Assembly: GCA_951406725.2 (NCBI GenBank)
Contig: OX597819.1
Location: forward strand, 65,596,001-65,660,000
Reading direction: 5' to 3'
DNA length: 64,000 nucleotides
Source of the DNA: Octopus vulgaris
Taxonomy: Eukaryota
In this document: positions 28,641 through 42,399 of the stretch, one piece after another
How the letters are laid out: every line of letters begins with the position of its first letter
How positions within the stretch are numbered: position 1 is the stretch's first letter
Notes under the pieces: generated by a model
The model's database searches: none
Seen by the model: the letters and a program-made list of their open reading frames with translations, nothing else
What the model was told of the DNA's origin: nothing
Made by a program: the position numbers and the translations under genes

Positions 28641-29284
28641 AATAAATCGGAACACTTAACGTTTGTAACAAATATATTGTTGATTTAATACTGTACTGAA
28701 CTAGTAGTTCACCTTTATCGAACATAGCAGGGTGAGTAACGAAACGGAGATCAGCAGGATTCGAACTCGGGTCATAGAAAGACATATGTTAATACCACTA
28801 GGAACCCTTTCAGCAGCTCTACCTATTCTTATATATAGACTTTTATTCTAATAACAATAGAAAGTATTTCTATTATGAGAATAAAGTTGTAAACTTTGGA
28901 CCTCGGTGAAAATAATAAAACCTTAGCACATAACTTATTGTATCGAGCTCGAGATTGTGAAAGTCGCACAAGAGGGTGTTCATTTTATACAAGGAGCTTG
29001 TGCCCATATCTCTGTTAGGTCCCCCGATATGGTGGAATGCGGAGAAGGGTAAATAGATTGAGCTTGACACCGAAACTGGCACTCTAGAGTTTCGACAGTC
29101 GGCAGTCTTCACCAACAAAGGTTTCTAGGTGACGTGGAATAATTGATACCATCGACCCCTATAAAAGACTGGCTCTTTGTTTTATGTAACAGGAAAAGAT
29201 GAAAGGCTAGATTGGCCTCGGTGGAATTTGAAATCAACAACAACAAAAGCAAAAATAGTGATAATAATACTAATAATAATATTC

Positions 29285-29530
29285 CAATTTCAAATGGGAT
29301 GAATTTGGGACATGCGAACACTGAAGGTCGTGCGTTGGGAACAGTAAGATAAAAGGCTGAAGAAGATTGAAATAGAATGCCCGGCAGAGCTCCTGCGGAA
29401 AGTTTGCCTCTTCAGAACAGCAAGGAAATTTGTGGATACCTAAGGTTACAGGTAGTAACGCACTGCCAATATAAATCCTTCCAGGAATAAGACGGAACCT
29501 GAGCCAACCCAAAATAAGAATCATAATATT
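29285..29530 (+). pseudogene. R4/Dong-type non-LTR retrotransposon, ORF C-terminus + 3'UTR, frameshifted
   Basis: Translated pieces IWDMRTLKVV / ALGTV / LKKIEIECPAELLRKVCLFRTARKFVDT* (stop 29441-29443) resemble the RLE-type C-terminal motif GALG...ELLQK.CLLGTARI. Flanked by TAA-like repeats. Confidence 0.7.
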
Positions 29531-29855
29531 CTATATCGTCAAATATTATACGGAAATGAAAGAAAACTGGAACCCATAACTTGCGGTATGTGAATAAGAT
29601 GCATTAACTGAAGACATCATTATTTAATGGATTGATCCTTCATATAAACATATTTGATTTTGTTTTATTTTGCGCGTGTGTGTGTGGTGTGGACAGAGTG
29701 TTTATGTATATATGCTCTTTAGAGCTCGACACATAAGCATTCCTAAAACCTCTGCGACGACGGATATTAAACCACGGGATAGGCTTAATGGGGAATACGA
29801 GCTACATAACAGAAATGATAAAATACAGAATACATTTATGGTATTTTATGATATA

Positions 29856-30411
29856 CATGAGTGTGAGTCAAAAAGTAATGGCATTTTGCATAGGACAAGT
29901 ATAATTACCAACACAGGAACATGTATCATACATCAAAATGAATCTGGTCCTCTGTGGATCACATCCTTACTTTTCAACAAAGTCATCTTTTCTCTCAATA
30001 GCAATGTTCCACCTTCGAATGAGAGCATGTATCCTTGTCCGGTAAAATTCTGTTGACTGTTCTTTAAGCCACTTCTTCACTACAGTTTTCACTTCCTCGT
30101 TACTGGAATAATGTTTGCTTCTCAAACCCTCTTTCATGGGGCCGAAGAGATGATAGTCCAGTGACGAGGAAGGGAAAACTATAATGAAGAAGTATGTCAA
30201 AGAAAAGTCAACAGAATTTTACGGGGCAGGGATACATGCTCTCATTCGAAGGTGGAACATTGCTATTGAGAGAAACGATGACTCTGTTGAGAAGTAGGGG
30301 TGTGTTCCACAGAGGACCAGCTTCATTTTGATGTATGATACATGTTTCTGTTTAGGACAAGTAATTATAGCTGTCCTAAACAAAATGGCATTACTTTTTG
30401 ACTCACTCTCG
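29856..30411. mobile_element. Foldback mariner derivative made of two inverted transposase 3' ends
   Basis: TA at both flanks; TIR ..GAGTCAAAAAGTAATG. Minus arm encodes DYHLFGPMKEGL...IHALIRRWNIAIERKDDFVEK*; plus arm encodes SDEE...EFYGAGIHALIRRWNIAIERNDDSVEK*. Confidence 0.92.
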
Positions 30412-31939
30412 TAAAACATATATACACGTTTCACCAAATTATTGCTAAGATTAGATAATTGCTTGTAAGATATAATCTTTTAAAAGTAACTCTTCAGTGC
30501 TTAAAACAATTTTGTTATTCTGGTGGCCACTTGCCGAAGCGTTGCATGTTTCATAAAGCATGAAATAGTGTATATGTTTTCTTCCTTTAACGTATGTCTG
30601 TGTATACACATACATACCGCTTTGTAACAAATCCCAAAATATTAATCTAGCGAAAGAACTTCGTTACTCCTTGACTACAACAGTACCACACGTAACTGCT
30701 GTACTCACATTGCTAACCTAATGAAAAATAGATTTAAAATGTAGCATCAGTTGTATCCCAGCATTTAACTCATAATCTAATGAACTATTACCTGTGCATG
30801 AAAGACTGAACATTGATATTCGTACTCAAATCAACGAAATGATATTATTTCGTTATGGAATACGGACAAAAGGTTCATACTTTTGTTCGACACATTGATG
30901 GAGATGAAGATAGTTTTTTTTTTTTTTTTTGATAGTTTCTCCTTCATTGCACGGTTCCTCCTCCGTGTGTTGCAACCATAATCTCCTGATATCAGATGAT
31001 TATGGCTACAGATTATCTTTTTTTTTATATATTTTTCGTTTTGCTTTTTCTTCAGCCGTAGGACATTTAAGGAGATAGAGATCATAAATTTTTTCTGAAC
31101 GGGGCTCGGTAGTTGCAGGGTTCAAAACCTGAAATATTGATAGGTGAGGACAAGTCGACTACATCAACCCCACTCCTTGACTGATACTTAGTCTACGACC
31201 CGCGAAGGGATGAAAGCCAAAATTTTCATCGGTCTTTATTTAGAACGCAAAGACCCAGCAGAAATGTCACTACGCATTTTGCCCGAAGCGCTAACGATTC
31301 TACCACCTCGTCACCTTCTTTTGTAAGATATAACTATTTAACACAGGCCGAAAACGACAAGTGATTTAATACTGCAGTAAATGGCATTTTCTACTCATCA
31401 TTAGGAATTAACGAAGAACAAAACTAAAAATACGAATCATTTTTGCAATCAGCCCGAAGACAATGTTGAACAGCTCAAGGTTATGAATGGATAGACACAC
31501 AAACAAAAGACTTGGAAATAGAAAAGCAAAAATATTTACTAGACACGTTCTAACGAGAAATAATCTACCCCAGCGTGGCTAGAATGTAGGTCACCCCGGT
31601 ATGCTCTTGTATTTACCGTCCGTCCTTACCCCATGCACTTAGGTCTATACAAGCTTACACAGCATACACAAAAGTGCCATGCCTAATAAAGACAACTACC
31701 CGCTACTAAGCTATGTTACTGATAATCTGATTTATTTGTGCCTTGGAAGGGAATTTTCTAACTGCATTCCCATGGTCATTCATGACCGAAGTAGGTTTTT
31801 ACACTTTACATAGAAATGGATGTAATATATTTGTTTCAAGGCATTTCATAAATCTCCTTAGAAGTATAGTATGATAAAAAAAAAAAAAAAACAAAGAAAT
31901 ATTACTGAACTTATCTTCCGGTCTTTTTTATAAGGCAAA

Positions 31940-32142
31940 CATCGGTTTTACAATTCAGCAAAAGGCCAACAATTTCAAGAGAAAGAGTAAGTTGATTACA
32001 TCGAACCTAATTACCAACAGGTAATTATTTTATCCCCCCACCCCAGAAGATGAAATGCGAATCAACCTTGGCGGAATTTGAACTCAGATTGTAAAGACGG
32101 ACGAAATGACGCTAATTATTCTGCCCGGCGTGCTAACGATTC
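31940..32142 (-). mobile_element. SINE family B, head truncated at the adjacent transposon terminus
   Basis: GGCGGAATTTGAACTCAGA...CCGGCGTGCTAACGATTC ends at the TA of the DD41D element. Confidence 0.85.
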
Positions 32143-32144
32143 TA

Positions 32145-32740
32145 CGGGGTGACCACAAAGTCACGCACCATGGGAGATATCAAATTTGCTTTATTAGCAA
32201 TGAAGTAGGTAATCCATTACAAATGTTCAAAGTGGTGGCCATATAGCTCGAAACAAGTGTTCATAAGGAATTTGAAATTGCGATGAGCTCTTTCTAATAG
32301 CTCTTCATTGCCGTTGACTTGTTCACACGCTTCAACAATTTTTTGTGGAAGATGTCCTTGGTCACGAATCTTTTCAGAATACACAAGGGATTTAACGTAC
32401 GGGAGTTAAATCTGGTGACCGTGGTGCCCATTCAATTAGCCCACGACACCCGAGCCATCTCCCTGGAAAATGTTCATTCAGAAAATCACGAACCTGTAAT
32501 GAATAACGGGGCAGAGCCCAATCCTACTGAAACCAGATAGGATTTCTCCTTCCAAGTGAATGCACGTGAGGCATCATCTTGGTGACAAGCATGTCCAGAT
32601 ACGAATCACCTGTCACAGGGCCCTCAAAATAAAATAGTCCAATTACTTGATTGTGCCAAATCGCACACCAAACCATTACCTTGCCCCCGGCTTTTTGATT
32701 GTCTGCCTCCATCCAATGACGATTGGTTTGTGAGTCATGT
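32145..32740 (-). pseudogene. Tc1/mariner DD41D (rosa-type) transposase, 3' part with one TIR, inactivated
   Basis: KVMVWCAIWHNQVIGLFYFEG...WFQ*DWALP...FPGRWLGCRGLIEWAPRSPDLTP, a frameshifting deletion, then YVKSLVY...GHHFEHL* (stop 32217-32219). Spacing from the second Asp to SPDLTP fits D41D. Terminus TA|CGGGGTG. Confidence 0.88.
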
Positions 32741-32950
32741 CGGCAGTTGTGAAAGAGACAAAAATTGGGGAGGGGGGGTGGATGTTAGCAATTTGACAAA
32801 TTGCAGAATGGCCACCCAGCATATCTGTGAAACATTTTTACCTCATATCTATGCCACTGTATGCATTTATTATTATAGCTCACGTCGAATCTTCCGTGGT
32901 GTTGTTTTTTCATATAAAATAAAATATATGCAACTTATAAAAATAATATT

Positions 32951-32994
<44 letters not shown>

Positions 32995-33081
32995 CAGTAC
33001 AGTGCGGTTTCTACTTCGCGGATTTTCACTAATCGCAGGGGGTTTTGGAACGTAGCGCCCGCGATAGCCGAGGGATTACTG
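32995..33081 (-). mobile_element. Tigger/pogo-like MITE fragment
   Basis: Reverse complement of the left part of 47351-47591 (CAGTAATCCCTCGG.TATCGCGGG). Confidence 0.75.
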
Positions 33082-33699
33082 CATTTTTGTAAGAGAGAAG
33101 GGAAAGATGAGGGATATCGATATAAAGAAAGAGAGGAATGGAGGAAGATGTAAACCGAGACAGAGGCGTTGGAAAAGCTAGAGATGAGAAGTTATGGAGA
33201 AGAAAGCAATAAAGATAGAAGGTAGTTGTGTGTGTGTATGGGAGAGAGAAACAGAGAGGAGGAGAGAAGGTGAAAGAGAGAAATAGAGAGAAGGAAGGAG
33301 AGAATTGTTGTGACCAATAGAAAGACGGTTATATACATTATGTACTAAGTCTGGTGTTAGTATGTCGGAGAGAGTGAGTGAGTGAGTGAAGGAACGGAAA
33401 GAGAGTGTGTACATATATGTCTGTGTGTGTGTGTGAATATATAATGGATTTGAAATATATTTAGTCATGCATTTGCTTCACAAAGAGAGAGGGGGGAGAG
33501 GAGGAGGAAGGAAATGGAAGTGGGTGAGTTTGAGTTATACAGTGGGATGGAATGTAACGGTTAGATAGGTAGGTAGGTAGACAGATAGATAGATATACAG
33601 ATAGATAGATAGATAGATAGATAGATGTGTGAGAAAGGTTTGTTGTTGAATAGAGGAATTCCCGCCGTATCCATCCAGTCATTATATGAATCAAGTAGA

Positions 33700-33865
33700 A
33701 GGTGGCGAGCTGGCAAAATCGTTAGCACGCCGGGCAAAATACTTAGCGATATATCGTCCGTCTTCATGTTCTGAGTTCAAATTCTGCCGAGGTCGACTTT
33801 GCCTTTCATTTTTTCGGGGTTGTTTAAATAAGTACCAGTTACGTACTGGAGTTAATATAATCCAA
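33700..33865 (+). mobile_element. SINE family B
   Basis: GGTGGCGAGCTGGCAAAATCGTTAGCACG...GAGTTCAAATTC...TAAGTACCAG. Confidence 0.9.
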
Positions 33866-34659
33866 TAGAAAGTATTATGTGAATCAAGTGCGTCTTTCAT
33901 TTTTGTAATACAGAAGCGCGTGGTTTGAGGGATATTTGGCGGCTGTTTCTTGCAAGGCGTGCAACCACGTAAAGAGATTTCCTTGAGAGAGACAGGGAGA
34001 GAGAAAGGTTGGCTAGCGAGAGAACGAGAGTGGTCGAGATAAAGTGACAGAGAGCCAATGAGAGAGTTCGACGATTAGGGTGGGAGGAGGAGCGACTGAC
34101 TTTATAGGAGGGAGAGGGGTGAGAGGGGGAATGAAAGAGAGAGGGAGACAGAGAGAGAGGGAGGGCAGAAGAGGGACTGGTAACTATTGAACAGATAGAG
34201 AAAATAAAACGGAGTGGGAGATAGCAAACGATATCTCAATGGAGAAAGTGAGACTTGAACTCAAAACTTTATTGTTTGGAAGCTATTATTCCAGTTCCAA
34301 TCGTATCAGCATCATCACCATCATCAACACGAACCCATCGTCGACATCACCCTGCATAACTACCACGATCTCTTTTATTATTAAAAGATATTTTACCCAT
34401 CATTCGACCTGCTAGAAATAGCAGCCTGATTATTACAAATTATCCATTAATATATCATGGAAAGAAGGTCGCATTCGACAACGTAGCTCCAGGTGTATGT
34501 GGTCAGTTATGAGCGTCTTTCATAAAAGGCCTGGTCAGATTACCAAACAATCTTTCTATCTTATTCTGTGTGTTTGTGCGTGTGTGTTAGTGTCTGTCTG
34601 TCTCTTGTTCTCTCCCCCACCTTTCTCTCTCATTCTGATTCCCATTTAATTTTTTTTTT

Positions 34660-35046
34660 TACCAGTTTCAGTCATTTCATTGACTTCGGGCATGCACGAG
34701 CACTGATACGAAGGATTCTAGTCGAACAAGTGGACCCCAAGAGTTATATTTTTAAAGCCTAGTACTTATTCTATCGTTCTCCTTTGCCGAACCGCTACGT
34801 TACAGGGACGTAACACACCAACACCGGTTGTCAAGCGGTGATAGAGGGACAAACACACATACAGACATAGAGATATACATATGTGTGTGAATATACGACA
34901 GGTTTCCGCCTACCAAATCCAGTCAGAAGGTGTTGGTCGTCCCGAGGCTATAGTGGAAGACATATCTAGGTGCCATGCTATGGGACTGAACCTGAGGCCT
35001 TGAGGTTGGAAAGCAAGCTTCTTACTATACAGTCACGCCTGCGCCT
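34660..35046 (-). mobile_element. SINE family A, full length, diverged
   Basis: Tail to head (..ACGCCTGCGCC) all present. Confidence 0.88.
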
Positions 35047-35097
35047 TATGTATTTCTGCCTATTAGTCTGTATGTAGAAAGATAAATAGACAGACGT

Positions 35098-35445
35098 GGA
35101 AGCGCAATGGCCCAGTGGTTAGGGCAGCGGTCGTAGGATCGCGGTTTAGATTCGATTCTCAGACCGGGCGTTGCAGGTGTTTATTGAGCGAAAACACCTC
35201 AAAGCTCCACGAGGCTCTATCAGGGGTTGGTGGCGAACCCTGCTGTACTCTTTCCCCACAACTGTATTTCAAAGGGCCAGCCTTGTCACACTCTGTGTCA
35301 CGCTGAATCTCCCAGAGGACTACATTAAAGGTACACGTGTCTGTGGAGTGCTCAGCCACTTGCACGTTAATTTCATTTCACGAGCAGGCTGTTCCGTTGA
35401 TCGGATCAACTTGAAACCTCGTTGTCATAACCGATGGAGTGCCAC
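35098..35445 (+). mobile_element. tRNA-derived SINE family C with 12-bp TSD
   Basis: A box TGGCCCAGTGG, B-box-like GATTCGATTC; AAATAGACAGAC duplicated at 35084-35095 and 35447-35458. Confidence 0.88.
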
Positions 35446-35889
35446 GAAATAGACAGACATACAGATAGATAGATAGACAGACATACATATGGATAGATAG
35501 ATAGATAGATAGATAGAGATAGATAGATAGAGATACATCGCAAGGGATATTCACAGCTGGAACGCACTTTATATTATCAGATGAGCAACCATAGCTAGAC
35601 AAACAACGAGATCAAGAGATTTGAACTCGTCATTGCATTGTTAGAAAATAATTATTACCAATTCCACGGAATCAATACAACAACACCACTTTCTGAAAAT
35701 TTTCCCATTCCTTCTTGACTCTTTCACCCTCCCTCCTTATCTTTCATTCTTTCGTTGTTGCTATCTTAACCCTCTTTTTTCCAACTCTCCGTTTTTTTTT
35801 TTCCTTACTACCATTCTAAATCTTATCTACAGTTATATCTTCCACTTTTTAAATTCTTCTGCTCAGTCACTCTTCTGTTTAACTGTGTG

Positions 35890-35927
<38 letters not shown>

Positions 35928-36611
35928 TCTCCCTTTCCCGCCCCCTTCATTTCCTATCTTATCTCTCCCTCTATCCCGCTCTTTTTCGTCACCCTCTTTT
36001 TCCTTACGCTTTGATTGCCTATAGATGCTGTTGTTGTTCTTGGTTAGACTCAAGTGAACTCTAATCGTGCCGACCTTCCTTTCAATATAGGAGAAGCATA
36101 GTCGACAATATTTTAAAGTGTTCCTTTCTTTTCTTCGTCTTCAAGACAATGTTAAGGGATTTTAGGAAGATTTGTCAACTGGATTAACTTCGTAGATCCT
36201 CTTACACTTGGTTTGTGCTGTTATTACCGATGGTCCTTGTTGGTGAGCAAAACTAAACGAGATCAATATAACCTGGAAGCCTACCCTCAAATATGCATTT
36301 GTGTATCCTATAACATATACAGCAATATTAGTGTATGTTTGAACATCATTATAATCAAACCTGTTAGAGAACGTTCCCTAGTAGCACGAGGGGCTAGATA
36401 TAGGGGCCAGAACGCATCAATAGATGTATCAACCTGCGGGCCGGAATAAAGCCCAAACTTCATCAAACGGAGCGACTTCGGACAATTATTTCCAATTTTG
36501 TATTTATAATGTACCCCGTAAGGGAAATAATACATAGGTTAATACGCGCACGAACACACCCACAAACATACGCACACACACACACACACACTCACACACA
36601 CACACGCACAC

Positions 36612-36648
<37 letters not shown>

Positions 36649-36798
36649 CAGATGCGGGTAGCGGCGTCAAACTCCCTTGTTGACCAAGTGCCACGTATCA
36701 GAGGTGCTTTCACATAATAGTGTAGCACAGTCAACGATGGTGCCCCAGCATGGCCGCAGCTTTCGCGCTGAAACATTTTTAAAGGGTATATATATTAG

Positions 36799-37169
36799 GG
36801 CGACGAGCTGGCAGAATCGTTTGCACGCTGGGCGAAATGCTTAGTGGTATTTCGTCTGCCGCTACGTTATGAGTTCAAATTCCGCCGAGGTCGGCTTTGC
36901 CTTTCATTCTTTTGGGATCGATTAAATAAGTACCAGTTACGCACTGGGATCGATCTAATCGACTTAATCCGTTTGTCTGTCCTTGTTTGTCTTCTCTGTG
37001 TTTAGTAGTGGGTAGTAAAGAAATAGGTATTTCGTTTGCCGCTACGTTCTGAATTTAAATTCCACCGAGGTCGATTTTGCCTTTCATCCTTTCGGAGTCG
37101 ATTAAATAAGTACTAGTTACGCACTGAGGTCGATGTAATCGACTTAATCCCTTTGGGCAATAAAGAAAT
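36799..37169 (+). mobile_element. Family B SINE dimer
   Basis: Second unit restarts at GGTATTTCG (37026) directly after the AAAGAAATA tail. Confidence 0.92.
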
Positions 37170-40159
37170 ATATGTATACACACACACAATTATGTGCGTT
37201 GATTTAAATTGAACTACATATACCCAATGTTTAGCCCTCCTAAACGCTACTAATGTAATTTACATGATCTTTGAACATTTGACAATATTTTTCATAGTTT
37301 ATTAAATACATGAAATGTGATGTATCCATAGAATTTATTAGCAAACTTTACTATTTAGTTTTGCCTCACACACACTCATTTATATCTATTATTCTATATA
37401 TCTATCTAAATATATATATATATGCCAGAAATAAAAGCCAAGATTTCCTATAAGCAATATGGAAAGGTAGGACATATTGGATTATTGGATAATATACACC
37501 TTATTCACATGACTGTTTATACCTCAATAAAAGTCGGGGACGCTTATGACTGGAACACAATCGATAACAGTAGATAATTGTCTGAACAACAATGATAAAA
37601 TATTTATAGCAAAAAAGTGTGTTTACACTAAAACTGTATTATTATTTAAACCAATCCTGTTGGAATACACAGAGGAGACGAGAGGGAGAAAGGAAAAGCG
37701 GATGAAAAAATGACAAGTTAATTTAGCGTACGTTTTACTATTAGGGAAACAGAATCAAGGGAAACGACGTTTCGGATATATTACTTTTTCGGAATAGTGT
37801 ATAGAATAGAATGAGAGGAAGTAAAACGTGGAAAGAAACTCATGAAATTGAAAGAGCAATCGAGGGGAAGATACCCATATGGAGCTTATCTACATGGTAG
37901 CTGATATATACATATATAAACGGGTAATTCTTACAGTTCTATAACTAACACGTACACGCAAGGCTCATTACGCTTTCTGCACAAATATCATTAAGTCCGT
38001 ATAGAAACTACTATTATTTGTAATATTTTTCGTGCTCAAGGGAAGATGTTTCATGGCCATGTTCTTATTGTGAGACAATTAAATCGCTGATAAGTTTCTG
38101 CAGTCTAATCTAATAGCATTCTAATATTGCCGTCGTAAATGCACACTCACATAAAACTGTTTACATAATTCAAACGTTTTTCCTCAACGAGCAACTACAG
38201 AAAAACTTGTACGTTGTATATTGCTTCAAAGTGTGCAGTGAGATTTTGTGTTGAGTTAGAAAATTCCAGGTTATTTAGAAAAAAATCTGTTGACTGTATA
38301 TGATTTCATAACGAAGTACACCGCGTAGGTCTATCTCTATTTAAAATGATAATTTGATATAGGTTTACATGCATGTATGTATGTGTGTGTATATGCGTGT
38401 AGATAAACGTGTAGCCGTAGGTATTTTTATTTTAAATAAGTTAATATTCTGTTATATATATATATATATATGCATGTATGTATGTACGTATGTATGTATG
38501 TAAACGTGTACGATCTCATGCATATATTTGTGCGCGCGTGTGTGTGTGTGTGTAAATGTATCATTTCAGTGATCGTGGTAAGATGGTGTTTGTTAGTCTC
38601 CAAGATTAAACACGGATTGTTAAGAAAACACAGAAGACCCGGGAGCGTTCGTATCATTACGTAACATACATCCAAAGTGCTTTTGAAACTATTGTAGTAC
38701 TCAACGAACTTTTATATCACGTTCATTCATACACACATACACAAAGACATACTTTATATATTTCGACGCGAATTAACATACTGTTGTATATATATACACG
38801 TATATATATATACGTATATATATATACACACATATATGTATATATATATAAATACATATATTCATACATATATATATATATACGTATGTATATACATATA
38901 AATACATGTATACATACACATACATATATATGTGTGTATATATATACGTATATATATACATGAACATATATACATACATATACGTATATATATATATATA
39001 TATAAACATATATACATACATATACATAAACATACATACATACATACATACATACATATGTGTGTGTGTGTACGTGAGACGGTATGTGCTCGTTTAATGC
39101 TTTTAGCGAATCGATGGTGCGCTATAAGAATTTTCAGCACCGTGTGCAGGCTGTGAATTATAAAATCTTTAAAATCGAAATTGTAGATATTGAGTTTGTC
39201 GTATAGTCATGAGAACCGTTCTACAATCACAGTTATTCCAGCCTGTGCTGTTATTATAAGAGTTATAAAGTCAATGGTTGAACGTGGACTCATAGGAGAC
39301 GACGAGACGACGCGCAGTAGTTCGATCAGGTAAAATAAGTACTCAGTGATCTGCAATAGAATGAAGATGGATTAAAGATACCTGGGGAACACGAGGCAGT
39401 ATTGAAGAAGGAGACAGGTTAAGTCTTGGGGTTTCGGTCTATCGAATTTCAGCCTCCAGACCTCGGTTGACCCAATGTCGACTAAGAGATGTAACTTTTT
39501 GGTGCAGGCATTTTGGATCTGCTTTTTCGGAAGCACTGAGTGGAATTTTTCGTATTTGACATCCGACGTTTTTACTGCGTTCTTTGTTTCCGCGTGTTTC
39601 TCTCATTCTTATGTTTCTGTCATTCTCTCTCTCTCTTTCTCCCTCTCCCTCTGCTATCTGTCTCTCCCGTCTCTCTCTCTCTTTCTCCCATTCTTCGTTC
39701 CGTCTCTCTCCTTTTCTCGTTTCTCTCTCTCTCACTGCTGTCTCTCTCTCCCATCTCTCTCTCTCTCTGCTGTCTCTCTCTCTCTCTGCTGTCTCTCTCT
39801 CCCATCTCTCTTTCTCTCTCTTTCTTTCACTCCCACTCTCCGTTCCGTCTCTCTCCTTTTCTCGTTTCTTGCTTTCTCCCCCTTTCTGTCTATGTGTTTA
39901 TTTCTGCACGAGTACTCATGCATTGTGTGCGCGCGCGCGCGCGTGTGTGTGTGTATGTGTGTGCGTCCGTGTGTGCGTGTTTGCCTTCAGTGTCAAAAAT
40001 TACTGCCGATGAATGGCCTGGCAGCCATCATCAGCGAAATCATCAGCGTCCAAATAACTGCACCCACTTGTCTCATTCTGATTCTACACTGAAGAATTGA
40101 ACTTTTAACCCAACACGTGCAAAGCCAACTTCTTAATTACATAGCTAAGTCCACACTAA

Positions 40160-40650
40160 TATATCACTACTACTATCACTGCCGTCACTATCATCTTCAC
40201 CGCCACCACCACTAACCATTACAACCACCATCTTCAACATCACTATTTTCCACCACCACCACCATCTCCACTGCAATCATCATCACCATCATCATCACCA
40301 CCATCATCTCCAACATCACTACTACCATTACCAACGCCACCACCATCTCCAACACCACCACCACCATTTTCACCATCACCACCACCATTATCACCACCAC
40401 CACCATCAATATCATCCTCATCACTGCCACCACCATCTTCACCATCACCATCATCATCGCCACCACCATCTCCAACATCATCATTTCCACCACCATCTCC
40501 ACCACCATCACCATCATCACCGCCACCACCATCTCCATCACCATCATTTCCACCATCAACACCACCACCACTATTATCACCGCCACCATCTCCAACATCA
40601 CTACCATTTCCACTACCACCGCCGCCACCTTCACCATCATCAGTGATGCA
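40160..40650. repeat. Degenerate (CAC/CAT)n trinucleotide repeat
   Basis: Directly visible; explains the V/M- and G/D-rich pseudo-ORFs. Confidence 0.95.
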
Positions 40651-41244
40651 CCAACCAACATGCTGCTTACTTGCTTTAACTGGCATTTCACCAGTTTATA
40701 ACCAATCAAAATAACGTGTGTTATCAGTTTCTACAAATTAGTAATCTCTCCCTTGGGACAAGCTTGAACATCACAACCACTCATTTATCTTTCCGAATTA
40801 TACATCTGAGAAGATTTCTGTCTAATACGTCTTTGTGTCTTCTTTGTATCTAAGAAGTCATTATTTAATCTGGTAGTTTGTCAGAAACATATAGAACGGC
40901 AGACCAAAATGTCTAACTAATATTTCTCCTGTGTTTAAGTTTAAATTCCCAGTCGGTCATGCAGGACTTTGCTGTTCGTCTCTCCAGAGAATGGGCGAAT
41001 CGATAGAAGAAATAACAGTCAACTATATACTACTGGCTTTGACTTCTTGTATTATTCTCGTTCTTTTAAGAATATGTGTAAGCCAGTGCTAATGTTTTAT
41101 TATGCACCGGAATTCGGTATATAAAGCTTTGTTTAATACTGTGTTTCAGAATTATAATCCACTGATTCCAAATTTGAATTTCGTCTTCAATTAGGGCTTG
41201 AATGAAGTTCAGTAAAATAAGCGTCAGTAACATATCGGTTTCTG

Positions 41245-41520
41245 GTCCTTGTTTGTCCTCTCTGTGTTTAGCCCCTTGTGGGTAGTAAAGAAATAGGTTT
41301 CAGATTTAGGGAACAAAGCCGGCAATTTTGCGCGGAGGAAGGGCTTTAGCCGATGCTATCAACCCCCCAGTACTTGACAGTCACTTTATTTTATTTGGCC
41401 CCAGAGGAATGAAAGACAGAGTTGACTTCGGTGGGATTTGAAATCAGTAACGTAAAATGATAGGGTGAAAGTCACATCAAACATTCTCTTTTCCTCCTCT
41501 CTCACGATTCAGCCAGCTCA
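41245..41520. mobile_element. Solo type-1 SINE tail (+) inserted at the 3' end of an older family B copy (-)
   Basis: GTCCTTGTTTGTCC...AAAGAAATA (41245-41295) flanked by GGTTTC at 41237 and 41296. Confidence 0.8.
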
Positions 41521-41924
41521 ACGACATTTTTGGAGTTGACTTCATTTAGATATACTCATACCTTCAAAATATGCGTCTTTGTGCTAGGAACATTATCGAT
41601 CTTATGATCATTGTTATTTTCCTTTTATCTGCAAAGAATGCTGAATAACGGAATAACCAAATAATGTATGATGATTGGAAGATCCTTCGTCGGTTTCGAC
41701 GGTTAACTTTGAGCTTTTCCAACAACTAAGTTACATGCACTGTAAATTAATAAATAAATTAAAGAAAATGAAACGCACGGCATTCATTATTTAAAATCAA
41801 CACAATTGTTTCGACACAATTAGTGTGTAAATAGCATGTAAGCAGCAGAGGATTCTTCTATAGACAAGCGTGGTTTTAATGTAATTCCAAAGCCAAATCA
41901 ACATGACACAGTGCTTGATACTCT

Positions 41925-42241
41925 TTTACTCTTTTATTCTATCGGTCTCTTTTACCGAACCGCTAAGTTACGTAGATGTAAACACACCTGCATCGGTTGT
42001 CAAGCGATATTGGGGGGACAAACACAGGCACACTAACATACATACACACACACACACGCATATATATGCATGTATACGATGGGCTTCTTTCAGTTTCCGT
42101 CTAGCAAATCCACTCACAAGGCTTTGGTCGGCCTGATGCTATAGTAGAAGACACCTGCCCAAGGTGCCACGCAGTGGGACTGAACCCAGAACCATGTGGT
42201 TCGTAAGCAAGCTACTTACCACGCAGCCACTCCTACGCCTA
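41925..42241 (-). mobile_element. SINE family A (3' tail partly deleted)
   Basis: Well-preserved head CAAGGTGCCACGCAGTGGGACTGAACCC...CACTCCTACGCC. Confidence 0.9.
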
Positions 42242-42399
42242 TAGGGCTGAACATTTTAATTTTTAATTACAGGCACAAATCTATCCAACAGGATTCAACA
42301 CAGTTTCTGCCAACCCAGTTTCCTTTACAAGGGCTCGGTCGAAGCTACGTTGACTATGTTACCAACCGACGATGCTATACAGGGAGTCGAACCCAACCC

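Noticed and set aside
37762-37795. Minus-strand CCGAAAA...CCGAAACGTC minimal hammerhead-like motif
   Set aside because: CUGANGA box mutated and stem I unpaired; degenerate.
40212-40709. Gly/Asp-rich and Val/Met-rich ORFs resembling structural proteins
   Set aside because: Degenerate CAC/CAT repeat, open in multiple frames, no supporting splice or domain signal.
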